The notes under the pieces: model-generated
What the model was told of the DNA's origin: nothing
Databases searched by the model: none
What the model saw: the letters and a program-made list of their open reading frames with translations, nothing else
In this document: positions 38,857-50,129 of the stretch, one piece after another
Position numbering within the stretch: position 1 is the first letter of the stretch
How the letters are laid out: each line of letters opens with the position of its first letter
Assembly (NCBI GenBank): GCA_013239625.1
Contig: MU053881.1
Location: 3,102,001 to 3,166,000, forward strand
Source: Lama guanicoe
Lineage: Eukaryota
Length of the DNA stretch: 64,000 nucleotides
Direction of reading: 5' to 3'
Position numbers and translations under genes: made by a program

Positions 38857-39936
38857 TTACCTGTCTGTGGCTCCCTGGGGGGCCGCGACCTCTGTCCCAC
38901 TCCACACCTGGAGCCTCAGGGGCCTCTCTTCCTGCCACCCGGGTTCTTGGCTTTGATTCCTCTTCAGCCGAGAGCTGCTGTCCCTCAGCGAAGTTCTGTC
39001 GGCGATGTGGCCGGCGGGCCGGCAGCGGAAGAGGCGCTGGTACGCCGTGCGGAAGTCTCTGCTCAGCGTGGCGTACAGGATGGGGTTCAGGGCCGAGTTG
39101 GCATAGCCCAGCCACAGAACAATGGCTTCGAAGGTCTCGTTGATGGCATCATCCCCTCTCAGCCCACGGTAAACAAACACAGTGAAGTAGGGGAACCAGC
39201 AGACAATGAAGGCTCCCATGACGGCGGCCAGAGTCACTGTGGCTTTGTGCTCCCGGAGGGTGGCTGTCCTCCAGGAGTTGATATGATGGACCCTCTTGGC
39301 CTGATCCCGGGCGATCTTGAAGATGCGGTAGTAGGTGATGCACATGACCAGCAGGGGCAGGTAGAAGGTGACCAGCCCGTCCACCAGGCCGTACACCAAG
39401 TTGACCTGGACTTTGCACTTGGAGACGGTGTGATTGTTGTTGTTGGTCTCCGCCCTGCTGTTCCACCCCAGGTGGATAGACAGGAAGGACAGTGTGATGG
39501 AGATGACCCAAATTAAGACCAGGGAGATGGCGACCCGGAAAGGGGTCACCAGCACGGGGTAGCGCAGGGGGTCCGTGACGGCGCAGTACCGGTCCAGGCT
39601 GATCATGAAGAGGTTGAGGATGGAGGCCGTGCAGAGCATGACGTCCAGGCTGGTGTAGATATTGCAGAAGGCCTCGCCGAAGCCCCACTGGCACGACAGC
39701 TCGTGGAAGGCCGAGAAGGGCAGCACCAGCAGGCCGAGGAGCAGGTCAGTGATGGCCAGGGACACGATGAAGCAGTTGGTGAGACTCCGCAGCCGCCGGG
39801 TCAAGCCCACCGCCAGGCAGACGACCACGTTGCCGGCGATGGTGATGAGGATGAGGGCGGTGAGGACCAAGCTGACGGTGACCCTGAACGCGGTATGGTT
39901 CAGACAGGAGGAGGGGTCCGTGCTGTTGGACGCCAT
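38857..39936 (-). CDS. HRH2: Histamine H2 receptor, 359-aa unspliced-ORF isoform (class A aminergic GPCR)
   Basis: Intact 359-aa ORF with 7 hydrophobic segments, TM3 Asp (YTSLDVMLC), DRY, TM5 D..T (GLVDGLVTF), CWFP, NPILY and C-terminus [17 protein letters not shown] as recalled for human HRH2. Strong Kozak context (cccagcATGG). Confidence 0.99.
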   Translation of the reverse strand: MASNSTDPSSCLNHTAFRVTVSLVLTALILITIAGNVVVCLAVGLTRRLRSLTNCFIVSLAITDLLLGLLVLPFSAFHELSCQWGFGEAFCNIYTSLDVMLCTASILNLFMISLDRYCAVTDPLRYPVLVTPFRVAISLVLIWVISITLSFLSIHLGWNSRAETNNNNHTVSKCKVQVNLVYGLVDGLVTFYLPLLVMCITYYRIFKIARDQAKRVHHINSWRTATLREHKATVTLAAVMGAFIVCWFPYFTVFVYRGLRGDDAINETFEAIVLWLGYANSALNPILYATLSRDFRTAYQRLFRCRPAGHIADRTSLRDSSSRLKRNQSQEPGWQEERPLRLQVWSGTEVAAPQGATDR

Positions 39937-40444
39937 GCTGGGGCCCTATGGCTCCTCCCCCTGCCCTCGGCCCCGGGGCTGCTCCTTCTGCAGGTCCCCA
40001 ACGTGTCAGTTATGTCACCACTGGGCTCCAGGCTGCCCAAAAGAGCCAAAAGGAGTGTCCAAATGTGGGGAGGCTACAATGACTGACCTGGGTGCTGTTT
40101 TCCTAGAAATTAATAAAGCAGTCTGTGAGGAGGTGGTAGGCATGAGAATGAATGAAGAAGGAAAGCTAGTCTCTGAAGCGAAGTTCCTGGTTCAAACCCC
40201 ATTCCTCACATCGGCCCCTGCAGAGCTGGCTTCCTCCCGGGACTGGAGCTGATTTCCACTGTCCAGGTTTTGCATAGAGACTGAGGCACTGGGGCATGAG
40301 TCTGAAGGTGGCTTTGGCCTTACGCGGGAGGCGTCAGGTGGAGACGGGGCTGCAGCCTTCTCCATCGCAGACAGCTGCTCCCGTCCGCATGACGGGGGTC
40401 GAGCACTCCTGCCTCTCCCTGTGGGATGCGCTGGGGAGCACGCG
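39937..40444 (-). other. HRH2: 5' UTR portion of HRH2 exon 2
   Basis: Candidate acceptor actcaatctttgcatttccAG|c (AG at 40446-40445) with a branch-like CTCAAT, 508 nt upstream of the ATG. Alternative acceptors are possible at 40529 and 40102. Confidence 0.6.
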
Positions 40445-40819
40445 CTGGAAATGCAAAGATTGAGTATTGAGCACCCGGAACTGAGAGTGTGGCCCGATTC
40501 ACAACGAACCCTTCTGGACCTTGACCTCCCTGCAAGACACCAGCAGGCATGGAGCCAGTCCCGCACCTCTCCTTAGAAGGGACCAAGGCCATCAGGGTTC
40601 CTAGCGGGAGGAAGAGAGGGGAAAGGACACAGACTGTAAGCTCCGCCTCTGCTTGTCCCCTGCTGGGTCCCAGTGCCCGGCCCTGCAGGTAGGCACTAAG
40701 CGTCTGATGAATAAACGATAAAATGAATGAAAAATAAGCAAAGGCAATACATTTCCTCTGGCAAAGCGCGGGGAACAGCATCTCACACTGCTGTGTCACA
40801 GAATGTCATCACACGCTAA

Positions 40820-41183
40820 ACCAGGAACTGAAAGACTTTTTCAGGGAGGGGCCAAGTAGAGGATATTTTCTGCTTGGCGTTCCAAGCCCGGTCTCTGTGG
40901 CCACGACTCAGCTCTGTCGTTCAGCGTGAGGACACCTCCACAGGACAACGGGCGGATGAGTGACGGTGGCCGTGTGCCAGGAAGACAGACCACGGCTGCT
41001 GAAACGGGAATTTCACAACGTTTCCACGTGTCATAACATAGTCTCCTTCTTTGGAATTTTCCCCCCAAACTCTTTAAAACCATTTCTGAGCTAAAAATGT
41101 AAAAGCTATTCTTAGCTCGCGGGCTGCAGGAAGCCAGGGAGAGGACACCAGATTTAGCCTGCTATCATAGTTTGCCAACTGCA
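40820..41183. mobile_element. MER58-like hAT MITE, opposite orientation to the 31111 copy
   Basis: gtctctgtggccacgactcagctctg...aaaaatgtaaaagctattcttagctcgcgggc...tagtttgccaac. Confidence 0.75.
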
Positions 41184-41263
41184 GCCCCACCCCACATCTG
41201 CCTCAGACATCTCTGTGAACCTCACTTTTCAGGTCAGCTGGTACAGAACTCACTCTATCTTTC

Positions 41264-41407
41264 TTTTAAAATATTTTTTTGTGGGGGAGGTAATTAAGTT
41301 TTTTTTTTTTTACTAATTTATTTATTTTGATGGAGGTACAGGGAATTGAACCCAGGACCTCATGCATGCTAAGCACGTGCCCTACCTCTTCAGCTACGCC
41401 CTCCCTC
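41264..41407 (-). mobile_element. tRNA-Ala-derived SINE (camelid vic-1-like)
   Basis: Reverse complement of the 35091 element. TSD ctcactc(ta t/ca c)ctttc at 41249-41263 and 41408-41422. Confidence 0.9.
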
Positions 41408-43432
41408 CTCACTCCACCTTTCTAATGGCTGTACACTAGTCCATCATCACCCCATCACAAGTATTTGCGTGGTTTCTAGTTCCTTCTCTCCAACTGCCCT
41501 CTCTTCCTTCCTCCTTCTTGTCCCGCTGTGGACATCACTTCAGCAGAAGGTTTAATCCCCTCCTAGCGGTGATGAGCTACGATTCTAATTGATGCAAAAC
41601 CAGGGAAGAGCCTGCTTGATTCCCGGACCCTTGCTCTCAAGCTGATCCTGGTTTTCCAGAGAGCAGCCAGCAGGCCACCTCCTGGGATCTGGGAGTGTGC
41701 AGAAAATCAAGTCGACAGCGGAAACTCTCTCAGAAACAAGCTCGTTGCCGTGTGACATAATTTAAGCCTCTCCCAGACTCTTGCCTGGAGCGGTTTTGCA
41801 ATCTGAATATGAGAAGCATCATTTAATCATAACCAGTCTGTTGGTGCAGGGATCACGGCTCCTGGTCACCTTCTGCCACTCCAGCTGGCTCAGCCACCTA
41901 GCCTAGCGGACTGGGCCACTGGGGTTTCTTTTCAGACGATCTTTTCATTACATAAATAGCCCAAACAGGATGGCTCTTACCGCCACACTTAATTAACTTT
42001 GGAGGGGGGTAGCAGCCACAGTGTGGTTTTTTGTTTTTCTATTTTTGAGAATCGCTATCTGTTTCTGATCAAAATTTTCTCTGTGTTTCCACAGCCAGGT
42101 TTAGGTATTTTGAAATGACATTTTAGTTAATGCTCGGCGGTTTTCAAATTTGCGCAAACCAGCCTCTCACATAATTAAAAATTAATTTCTTCTCTCCCTC
42201 CCTTCCTCCTGCCTCTTCCTCCTGCCTCCCTCTGTTCTCTTCAGCAGCTATTTCTTGCAGAACCTACAATGTGCCAAACGCGGTTCCATGCGCTGGGGGC
42301 CCCATGATTAACAGAACAGTGGTGGCTTCCTTTTTCAGAGAGTTTCAAAAGAAAGATCACTTCTGTTATGTTTCTATTTTACAGCCTCGGCCCCAGAAGT
42401 TTCTAGTGAACTTTTGGTGAAGGCAGGAGCTTCTGCACGGAGCTCAGTTCATCTTGTCCCTTGTGGGGAGAAGGATGGTCCTAGAGGATCACGGGACCCC
42501 AAGGTCACTGTCACAGCTAATCTAAAAAACACTTTCTGGAACTTTCCTTTGTAACTTCAAAAGCGATGACAAGCTGATTGCAGCAAATCAGGGTATACAG
42601 GACGGGCCAACTGTTTGGGCCATGGCATACCCATGGCCTCATGATGGGGAGTGGACTGTCGCTGGCTGTTTGGTGTGGTGGGGACTTTCCATTCTTTCTC
42701 TGGGCCTCTGTGCGCCAGACATAGGCAGAGGCTATTTAATACATCTGTAGATATTACCCCACTAGTTCCTTTCCTTTTTTCTTTTAAAATTCCCGTTATA
42801 TATTGGACGCCTCTCTAGATCACTTAGATCTGACTCATTCTTTTGGGCGCCTAGTGTTGGCAATACAGCCACCAGGATGAGAGGATCCACGAAGAAGGAG
42901 GTCGGCGTGAGTGGTTTGTCAGGGACAAGCACATAAAAGAAATCACATGAAAGTCCACCAGCCCAGGAAGGGTGCTACGAACAATGGCGCATCGGTACTG
43001 CCGGGGGGACCAGGGCCAGGTGACGTCTTGCACGCGAGTGAGGGGAATCACCGTCTCCATTTAACAGTCGAGGAGAGCGAGGCTCGGGGAGGCCGAGCGA
43101 TGTCACAGCCCTGGTAAGTGGCCGGAGAGCCTGGATTCACACGCAGCTCACACTCCTTCGGCCTGCCTCAACGCCGGTCCTTGGATCAGACGTCAACTTG
43201 TCCTTCTAAGTGGATCTCGCCCAATAGCCCTGCAATTGTCCCCTGACTGCGCTGTTCAGGCAACCGGGCCTTTGCCCAAACGCTGCAGGTCTCCACCTCC
43301 CGGAGTCCCGCTTTCTCAACTACTGCCCTTTCAAGGCTCAGCTCAAACACAGGGTTCCCCCACTACCCGAAAGTCGACATCCCTACGAAACCCTTCAAAA
43401 GCCGAAATAGCAGAAAGCGAAGAAGCGGTTAC

Positions 43433-43760
43433 CTTGGGACACCTCTTGCTAACGGATGCACCCAGGAAATGGAGCTAAAGGATGCGCACGGGGAGTGGGG
43501 CTAAAGGATGCGCACGGGGAGTGGAGCTAAAGCATGATGCTCAGATAGTTCATGGCTCTGGCGGCCTGGAGCCGATGCTGAGTGCACTTCCCGGGGAAAG
43601 AGCCTGGCGGGGTCACCCCACACTCGGGGTGCAGGCTGCCTTTATAACGACTTGGATGCAAAACAACCCTGAACGCTATTGTCGCCTTTTTTCGTAAAAG
43701 TGAAAATCCCCGGACTTCTTCTGGTTAGCAGAAACAGGTACTAATGCAGGTGTTTCATAA
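43433..43760 (-). promoter_or_regulatory. Candidate alternative TATA promoter and first exon within HRH2 intron 1
   Basis: TATAAA (43646-43641, minus), upstream C/EBP-, IRF- and kB-like motifs (43690-43711), donor AAG|GTAACC at 43433/43432, local CpG enrichment. Confidence 0.45.
43470..43536. repeat. 26-bp tandem repeat, ~2.5 copies
   Basis: Unit tggagctaaaggatgcgcacggggag at 43470 and 43496, partial at 43522. Confidence 0.95.
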
Positions 43761-43953
43761 AGCGAACCTTCAAAAAGCAGGGGATGCCTGTAGCTCCAGC
43801 TCCCTGAAGCCCTCCTGAATGCCCGCGGGCAGGGGCACCCTCCCCTGCACTTTGTATGGAGCTATACTGGTGGCACCTGCCGCCTTAGGTTGTTCATATG
43901 GCTCTGGGTCTGTCCCCCAGCAGGGGCTGGATCTGGACCACCTCTTTGGGCCT

Positions 43954-44008
43954 TCCATCCACCCACCCTTCTATCCTTCTATCCATCCATCCATCCATCC
44001 ACCCATCC
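43954..44008. repeat. (TCCA)n degenerate tetranucleotide repeat
   Basis: Direct observation. Confidence 0.85.
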
Positions 44009-46070
44009 AGCAAACGTTTCTGGTTGTCTATCCAAGGCAGAGGTCCAGGCTACATGGAGTGTGTATGAGTGTGTGTGTGTGTGTGTGTTTCTCCACTGTG
44101 AAAACCTAAGGGCACTCGTCTTGGCATTTGATGAGCCCTATTTATACGTCTGAACGGATAGGTGAGAATGGGCCTGTTTCCCCCAACATTTTAGGGTGAA
44201 AATTGTCAAACACACAAAAAGCTGAAGAAACAATACAGTGTACATTAGCTCTTGTCCCCCTGTTCATGCAGATTAAATAATGAAGGGTTCTCTCTCTGTG
44301 TGTGTGAGTGTGTGAAAAGTCACTAAAGCCGCTTCGGCCACTTCCTCCCCCTTTGCCTCAGGCTGGCCCCAGACGCTGCAGCTATGCACCGTCCCACCGC
44401 TTCCTCCTCCCTCGCCTCATCTTTGCCTCAAGAGCCTCTGAAAAGCCACTTTCTGGAGAATTTGCTCATGGGTTGCAGCGCCCCTCACGGCCCCCCCCGG
44501 GGGAGGTGTCTCATCTTTCCCTACAGTCATCACCCAGCAAATGCGAAAGTGACAAAAGGCAGGGCCCAGCTCAGAGTCTGACTCATCACATCAAGTGCCC
44601 CTGTGAGGCCACATTGGCCAGTTAGCCCCTAAGAGCAGCCACCGCCGAGTGTGTTCAATGCACTCAACATGCTCCCAGGTGTGTGTTGAATCCCCTGTGC
44701 TGGGCTCTGGGCTGGGGAGCCAGTTTCCATTACTCCCCATTACTAGCCCTGGTGGTCTCCAAGTATAAACCTTTGGCACGGTGTCCAAGGTTCTTTGTGA
44801 CCTGCTTCTGTCTTCTCTCTTAAGCCTTAGCTCCTGCCTGCTGAGTGCCCTTTCGCTGGACAACACTTTGAGAAACATCTCTGGTGGCATTTAATTCCTC
44901 CTGATTTTGAAAGTCCTGGGCCTGATCTGACTCTGCTTTTACACATGCTGTTCCCCCTGCCTGAATTCCCTTCCTCCCTTCCATGCCTGGTGAGCCCCCA
45001 CTCTTTCTTGAAGACCTGGCTTCCTCTGTCACCTCCTCCAGGGAGTCCTCCAGAGGTACTTGCTCCATCCTCTTTCACTTCTCCCTCCCACTTCTACCTG
45101 CCTCTGGCAGAGGCACAGGAAGGAGGGGTTCTTTTAACCCACCGGGTAGAATTCTGAGTTTTCAGGGCCCCAGGAAAACTCTGAATGTGGCCTTTGGTGA
45201 TTCTCCATCAGAATGCGTCTCCCCCGGAACTGAGTTGTGGTGGGTGGAATCCGGAATACCATTTCCTTCTCAATCACCCTCTGTGGCAGCAAAGAAAACG
45301 GGGGCTTGAAAGGCTGAGGATCGCCCCACCAGCAGAGGTATAGCCCAGAGGTAAACCAGGTCCCCTCTCACTGCTCCTCACCCCCAAAATCCCCAAAAAG
45401 ATGCCACTGGTGGTACATGCTGTTTACCAACAGAGGGGTGAAGCCATCTAGACGCACAACCAGTCTGGGGGCTGGGGTCTTCTCCTATCAAACTTTATCA
45501 AACCAAGTCTAACACTTTTCTCTTCTCATTAGGAAGTCAGATGAAGCTCCCCGTTTGCAGTGTAAGGACCCAGTCCCCAGGCAGAGCCGCAGTCTGGGGG
45601 AGTCAGTTCAGGCGCCTTTGGGTCTCTCACTCGGCCTGGAAGATGAGTCTGATTTCCCCAGCAACCACTGACCAAGGGGAAAGACAACGACACTCAGCCG
45701 GCCACTGTGTGCCGGGCACCTTCTGCCTGAGCCAGTGGACAAGTGGGGCAAGTAGGTAATTTGATCCTTATCCTGCAAAAACTGACACTCAGACAAGTGA
45801 AGGGAGCCCCGGGGGCTGAAAAGCAAGGACTTCAACATTGGGCAGATCTGGGCTCTAATTTCAGGGCTGTCATTTAATAGCTTTGTCACCTTGGGCATGT
45901 GACTGCCACCTCCCCGAGCCTTAGTTTTCTCCTTTGTAAGATGGGGCTAATGAGATGTCCTTCTTCACTTGGTGGATGTGAAAGTGCACAGAGTGAAGGG
46001 CTGTGAAACACTCAGTGCCTGGCACGTGGCAGTTCACGTTATACGTAATAATAGTGTAAGATTATTATTT

Positions 46071-46492
46071 TGTAGCTGAACAGGACCCTGTGGAGCCTTC
46101 CTGGGTCAGAACCCGCCCCCCATATCCTCTGCCGGAGCTCCTCTCTGACGAACCCAGGTCATGGTATCTGATGCCTATTTCCTGAGTTTTTCAGATGCCA
46201 AAACCACCAGGGAAAGGAAGAAATTAGCTACTTGACTATCATGAGCACGTGGCCCCTAGACCTTCTGGTGCCTAAGGACCAATCATCATCAACCAATCTG
46301 CCAGGGACGCCCCTCCATCACTTTGCCTTTAAAAATGCTTTGCTGAAACCCTTCAGGAAGTTCGGGGTTTTCTGAGCACGAGCCACACGTTCTGTTTGCT
46401 CAGCCCTGCAATAAACCTTTCTCTGCTCCGAATGCCGTGGTTTCTGTCTGGCCTCACGGTGCGTGGGGCACGTGAACTTGTTTTTGGGAACA
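46071..46492 (+). mobile_element. ERV1 solo LTR, copy B
   Basis: TG...CA termini, perfect 4-bp TSD attt, AATAAA at ~46410, homologous to copy A. Confidence 0.9.
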
Positions 46493-49400
46493 ATTTCATA
46501 ACCATAAAAAATGTGATTTTTGTATTATTATCTAAAGCTGCACAGCAAGGAAATAGCCTTCACGCACACCCCATATATTTACTGAGTGCCTTCCAGATGC
46601 AGACGCCGTGCGTGGGTTCCGGGGTGAGCATGGCAGACATATCTTGGAGCTTCCACGGCAGCTGCAGGGCAGGGGGGCGGGGGGGAGGAGGGCAACAAAC
46701 AAGAAGTAACTCCCAGCAGAGCGCTCATCTAATTGCAGTGTCTTAACAGTTACATAAAGGGACAGTATAGGAAGCCACAGGACTGTATCACAGGGGCTTC
46801 TGACCAGGTCTGGGGGATATCTGAGTTGACATCTGTACAGACAGGAAAAAAGGTAACGCAGTGAAAACGGGGAACAAACAGATTCCAGACAGAACAGCTC
46901 CTATAACAGCTTGGAGGCTGAGAGATGGTGGATTTTAACTGCAGAGCCGTGGGACGCCTCGGGGGTGGAGGGGGAGTGTGAGCGGAGGGTGACGTGGCTG
47001 GAAGGCGGGAGGTGGCTCCACTGTCCAGCTGTCCTGCTGGGCATCAGGCGTTGGGGGAGGGTGGCAGCTGGTGTGGGACTAGCTGGGCCCCACTGACCAG
47101 GCCGTTATCACCGCAGGTAATGAGATGTGATATCCCAGGGGCCCGGCAGGCAGTTCCTCATTTTCACGAGCTGGAGTTTCTCAGAATGTTGCCCCTGTCA
47201 TTGGCCGTTTCAGGTGTTCTGGGGACCTGGTGCTGGGCTCTGCCGCCGTCAGGAGTCCCAGAGTGGCCCAGAAGCGGCAGTGAGGTCAGCGGGGTAACTT
47301 GCATCCTTTAAGGAGGGAGGAGGAGCGCAAGGCCCGGAGCGGCCACGCCACACGGGATGCTGAGCAACGCGACTGAGGCCCAGAAGGAGGGGACTGAAAT
47401 GGCCTGCGGCCTTCCCAGGGGGCCTTTTCTTCCCACACACGGGCGCTGCCGGACCGAGGTGCAGCGCCGCTCAAGAAAGGCCAATGGCACTTCGCGGCTG
47501 CTTCTTGCCTTCACCCGGGCGCCCGAGGCAAGCTGCGGGACAGGGGCCGGGGGAATAACCAAAGGACAGGGTGGGTCCCAGACCCAGGCCGCTCAGACCC
47601 AGCCCGGCGATGGGCAGCGGGGGCCTTGGAGGGGGGCAGCAAGAGGCTGTGGGAGCTGGAAGAATGAGGCTGGACACTGGGTGGTGGCAGGTGGCGACTG
47701 TGTGCGCGTGCGCGTGCGTGTGTGCAGCAGGCAATGCTTCATCGGGGCTGGAAAACCCCATGAACGTTAAAACACTCAGACTGCTCACTGACCCACAGAT
47801 GTACTTCTAGGAATTGGTCATGGGACCTGGAAATGGTGTGACAGCCCGCACAGCACTCACTGAACGTTTGAGGCAGGCTGCCGGCGGGCGTGGGATGGTC
47901 TCCACACAGGCGCCGAGTGTGACAGGTGAAACGGGGAGTGTGTGTGTGCGCACACCCGTGCACGTGCCCTGGAATCGACACTCGGACTTCCTCCAGGAAG
48001 GGCACGTGTGAAAAGGAACTGACTGCTTCCAAGGGGGAAACTGGGGGCTGGGCCAAGAGTGGGAGGAAGATGTCTTTGACTATACGCTCTTTGGGACATT
48101 TTGAGTCTTTTCACCTTGGGTACGTGTCACCTACTCCAAACCTTACAGCCACACAGTTTGGCCGGTGGAGCAGGGAGCGGGAAGGGTGTGCTGGGCAGGG
48201 GGAACAATAGTAAAGGAAGGGTAGCTGGGAGATCAGGCCACACTTCGGAGTGGGACCTGGGGGGTCAGGGCTCCAGGCCAGGGCTGGCTCTTGGCCGCTC
48301 AACCAGAAGCCCTGTAAGAGTTCAGTCCTCCACTCCAAGCGCATCCCCCTCAGGGCCCTCTCTCCCCGCGGTCACTGCACAGGCTTTGGACTAGGGCCTG
48401 CCCCTCCAGTGCTTCCCCTGTTGCTGGCATCAGGATGCCAATGCCCACCACACTCTGCGTGATCTGGCCCCCATCAGCTTCTCCAGCTGATTCTCAGGGG
48501 TGGGGAGATTGTAGCTGCGGATAAAGTGCTAAGAAGTTTGGCCTTAGTTCTTAAGGTAAACGGGAGCCCTGAAGTTTCAGTCAACAGGCTGGAGATTCTG
48601 GCAGCAGGCCTGGGAGCCCAGCTGTCCTGAACCCAGTCAGCCATCATTCAGTGAGGTTTCTCTGCCTCATTAGCTTACGTCCCATGCTATGTCACAACAC
48701 TCTGGGGCTCTCTGCTCTCTGCACATCGTCTCACTCACGCTTTACCGCAACATCCTGAAGCAAGAGATCTTTTCTTCATTTTATAAATGCAGAAGCCGAG
48801 GCTCAGAGAAGTCAAGTTGCCCAGAGTCCCAACATCACCAAATGGGAAAGCCAGGATTTGAACCCAGGTCTGCCTGACTCCAAAAATCCCTGCTCTCAGC
48901 CGCTACTGTTTAGCTTTTCCTATGGAGAAAGGACCCACCCTCTGCGATTTTCAAAGGGATGGCATAATTGCCTGGGCATTTGCTGCAGAAAACACTTCCT
49001 CATTTGCAGGAGCATTTCAGTGTGCCTTTGATCTTTGTGGCTGCCGATGTCTAAGTCCTTCCCTGCAGTGGGCTGGACATTTAGTAAAAGCCTCTTCAGG
49101 CAATAAAAAGACTCCTGGTTGAGGCTGTTCATTAGCGAGAAAGGTCCCAGCCTCCTGATGGTCTGAGTGTTGGTCCCACCCTTTCATTTCTCCTGAGCCA
49201 CCAGGGGCCCAAAGCCAGGATTGTGCATCTGTCCTCAAGGGCATGTTGTCCTAAGCACTGCGGCCCCCTCTGCCCAGGCTGAGAGGTGAAGGGACACAAA
49301 TATCGTCTGAAATTCGGGGCAGCGAAAGAGCCCCATCCACCCCTTAGACGTGCATCGAGCAGCCCAGAATGGGATGGTGGGATCAAACTGGACATTTTAT

Positions 49401-49877
49401 TATGATGACTGTCATCACTTGGGCATCACAGTGAGGAGGAAGGCGACCAGGACCAGAAACCAGGACCCTGACCACTTCTGTTTGCCGAGCGCCGACAGAT
49501 AACGTTAATATCTCTGGGGGGCGGAGATTATTATTGTTCCCATTTGACAGACAGTGAAACTCAGGTTCAGAGAGGTCAAGTTACTTGTCTGAGGCCACAC
49601 AACCAGCAAAGAGGCAAGCAGGGCTTTGAACCAGGCCTGACTCCAGTCTCTAAGTGCCCGTAACCAACCACCCCATGGACGCGTGAGACCTGCATCCGGT
49701 CCAGGTCATCCCCTGACGACGTGTGTGACAGGCTCTTGCTATGGTGTTTTCTTACCAGCGAGAGACCCCACGCCATTGTCCTGGCCTCTGCCAGCGGTTG
49801 ATGTGGGACCCTGAAGCCACATCTGGTGACAACAAATTCCCTTGGCTTGTCTAAGAAAGTCTTTATTTTTCCTTCAA

Positions 49878-50100
49878 TTTTTTTTTTTTTGGTTCAGTTA
49901 AGGTGAAAAGCACACAGCATACCATCGTTCAGTAGCATCCTGTGCATTCCCCAGGCTGTGCAACCACCATTGCTATCTGGCTTTAAAACGTTTTCATCGC
50001 CCCAAAAGGAAACTCCACACCCATAAGGCAGTCACTCCCTCTCCCTGGTCCCTACAACCGGCAACCTGCCTTCTGACTCCATGGACTTATTCTGGACATT
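49878..50100 (-). mobile_element. Old L1M 3' end fragment
   Basis: Poly-T, then gtgcaaccaccattgctatct...ttttcatcgccccaaaaggaaactccacacccat. Confidence 0.8.
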
Positions 50101-50129
50101 GTGGCCACAAAGCCCATGTAAACTGGGAA

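Noticed and set aside
38947..40252. Antisense and alternate-frame ORFs (189, 181, 196 aa) over HRH2
   Set aside because: Shadow ORFs from the high GC3 of the real CDS.
43470..43536. CRISPR-like repeat
   Set aside because: Head-to-tail units with no spacers, in eukaryotic DNA.
26251..46492. A single provirus bounded by the two LTRs
   Set aside because: Each LTR has its own target-site flanks, there is no gag/pol/env, and the interval is host gene sequence.
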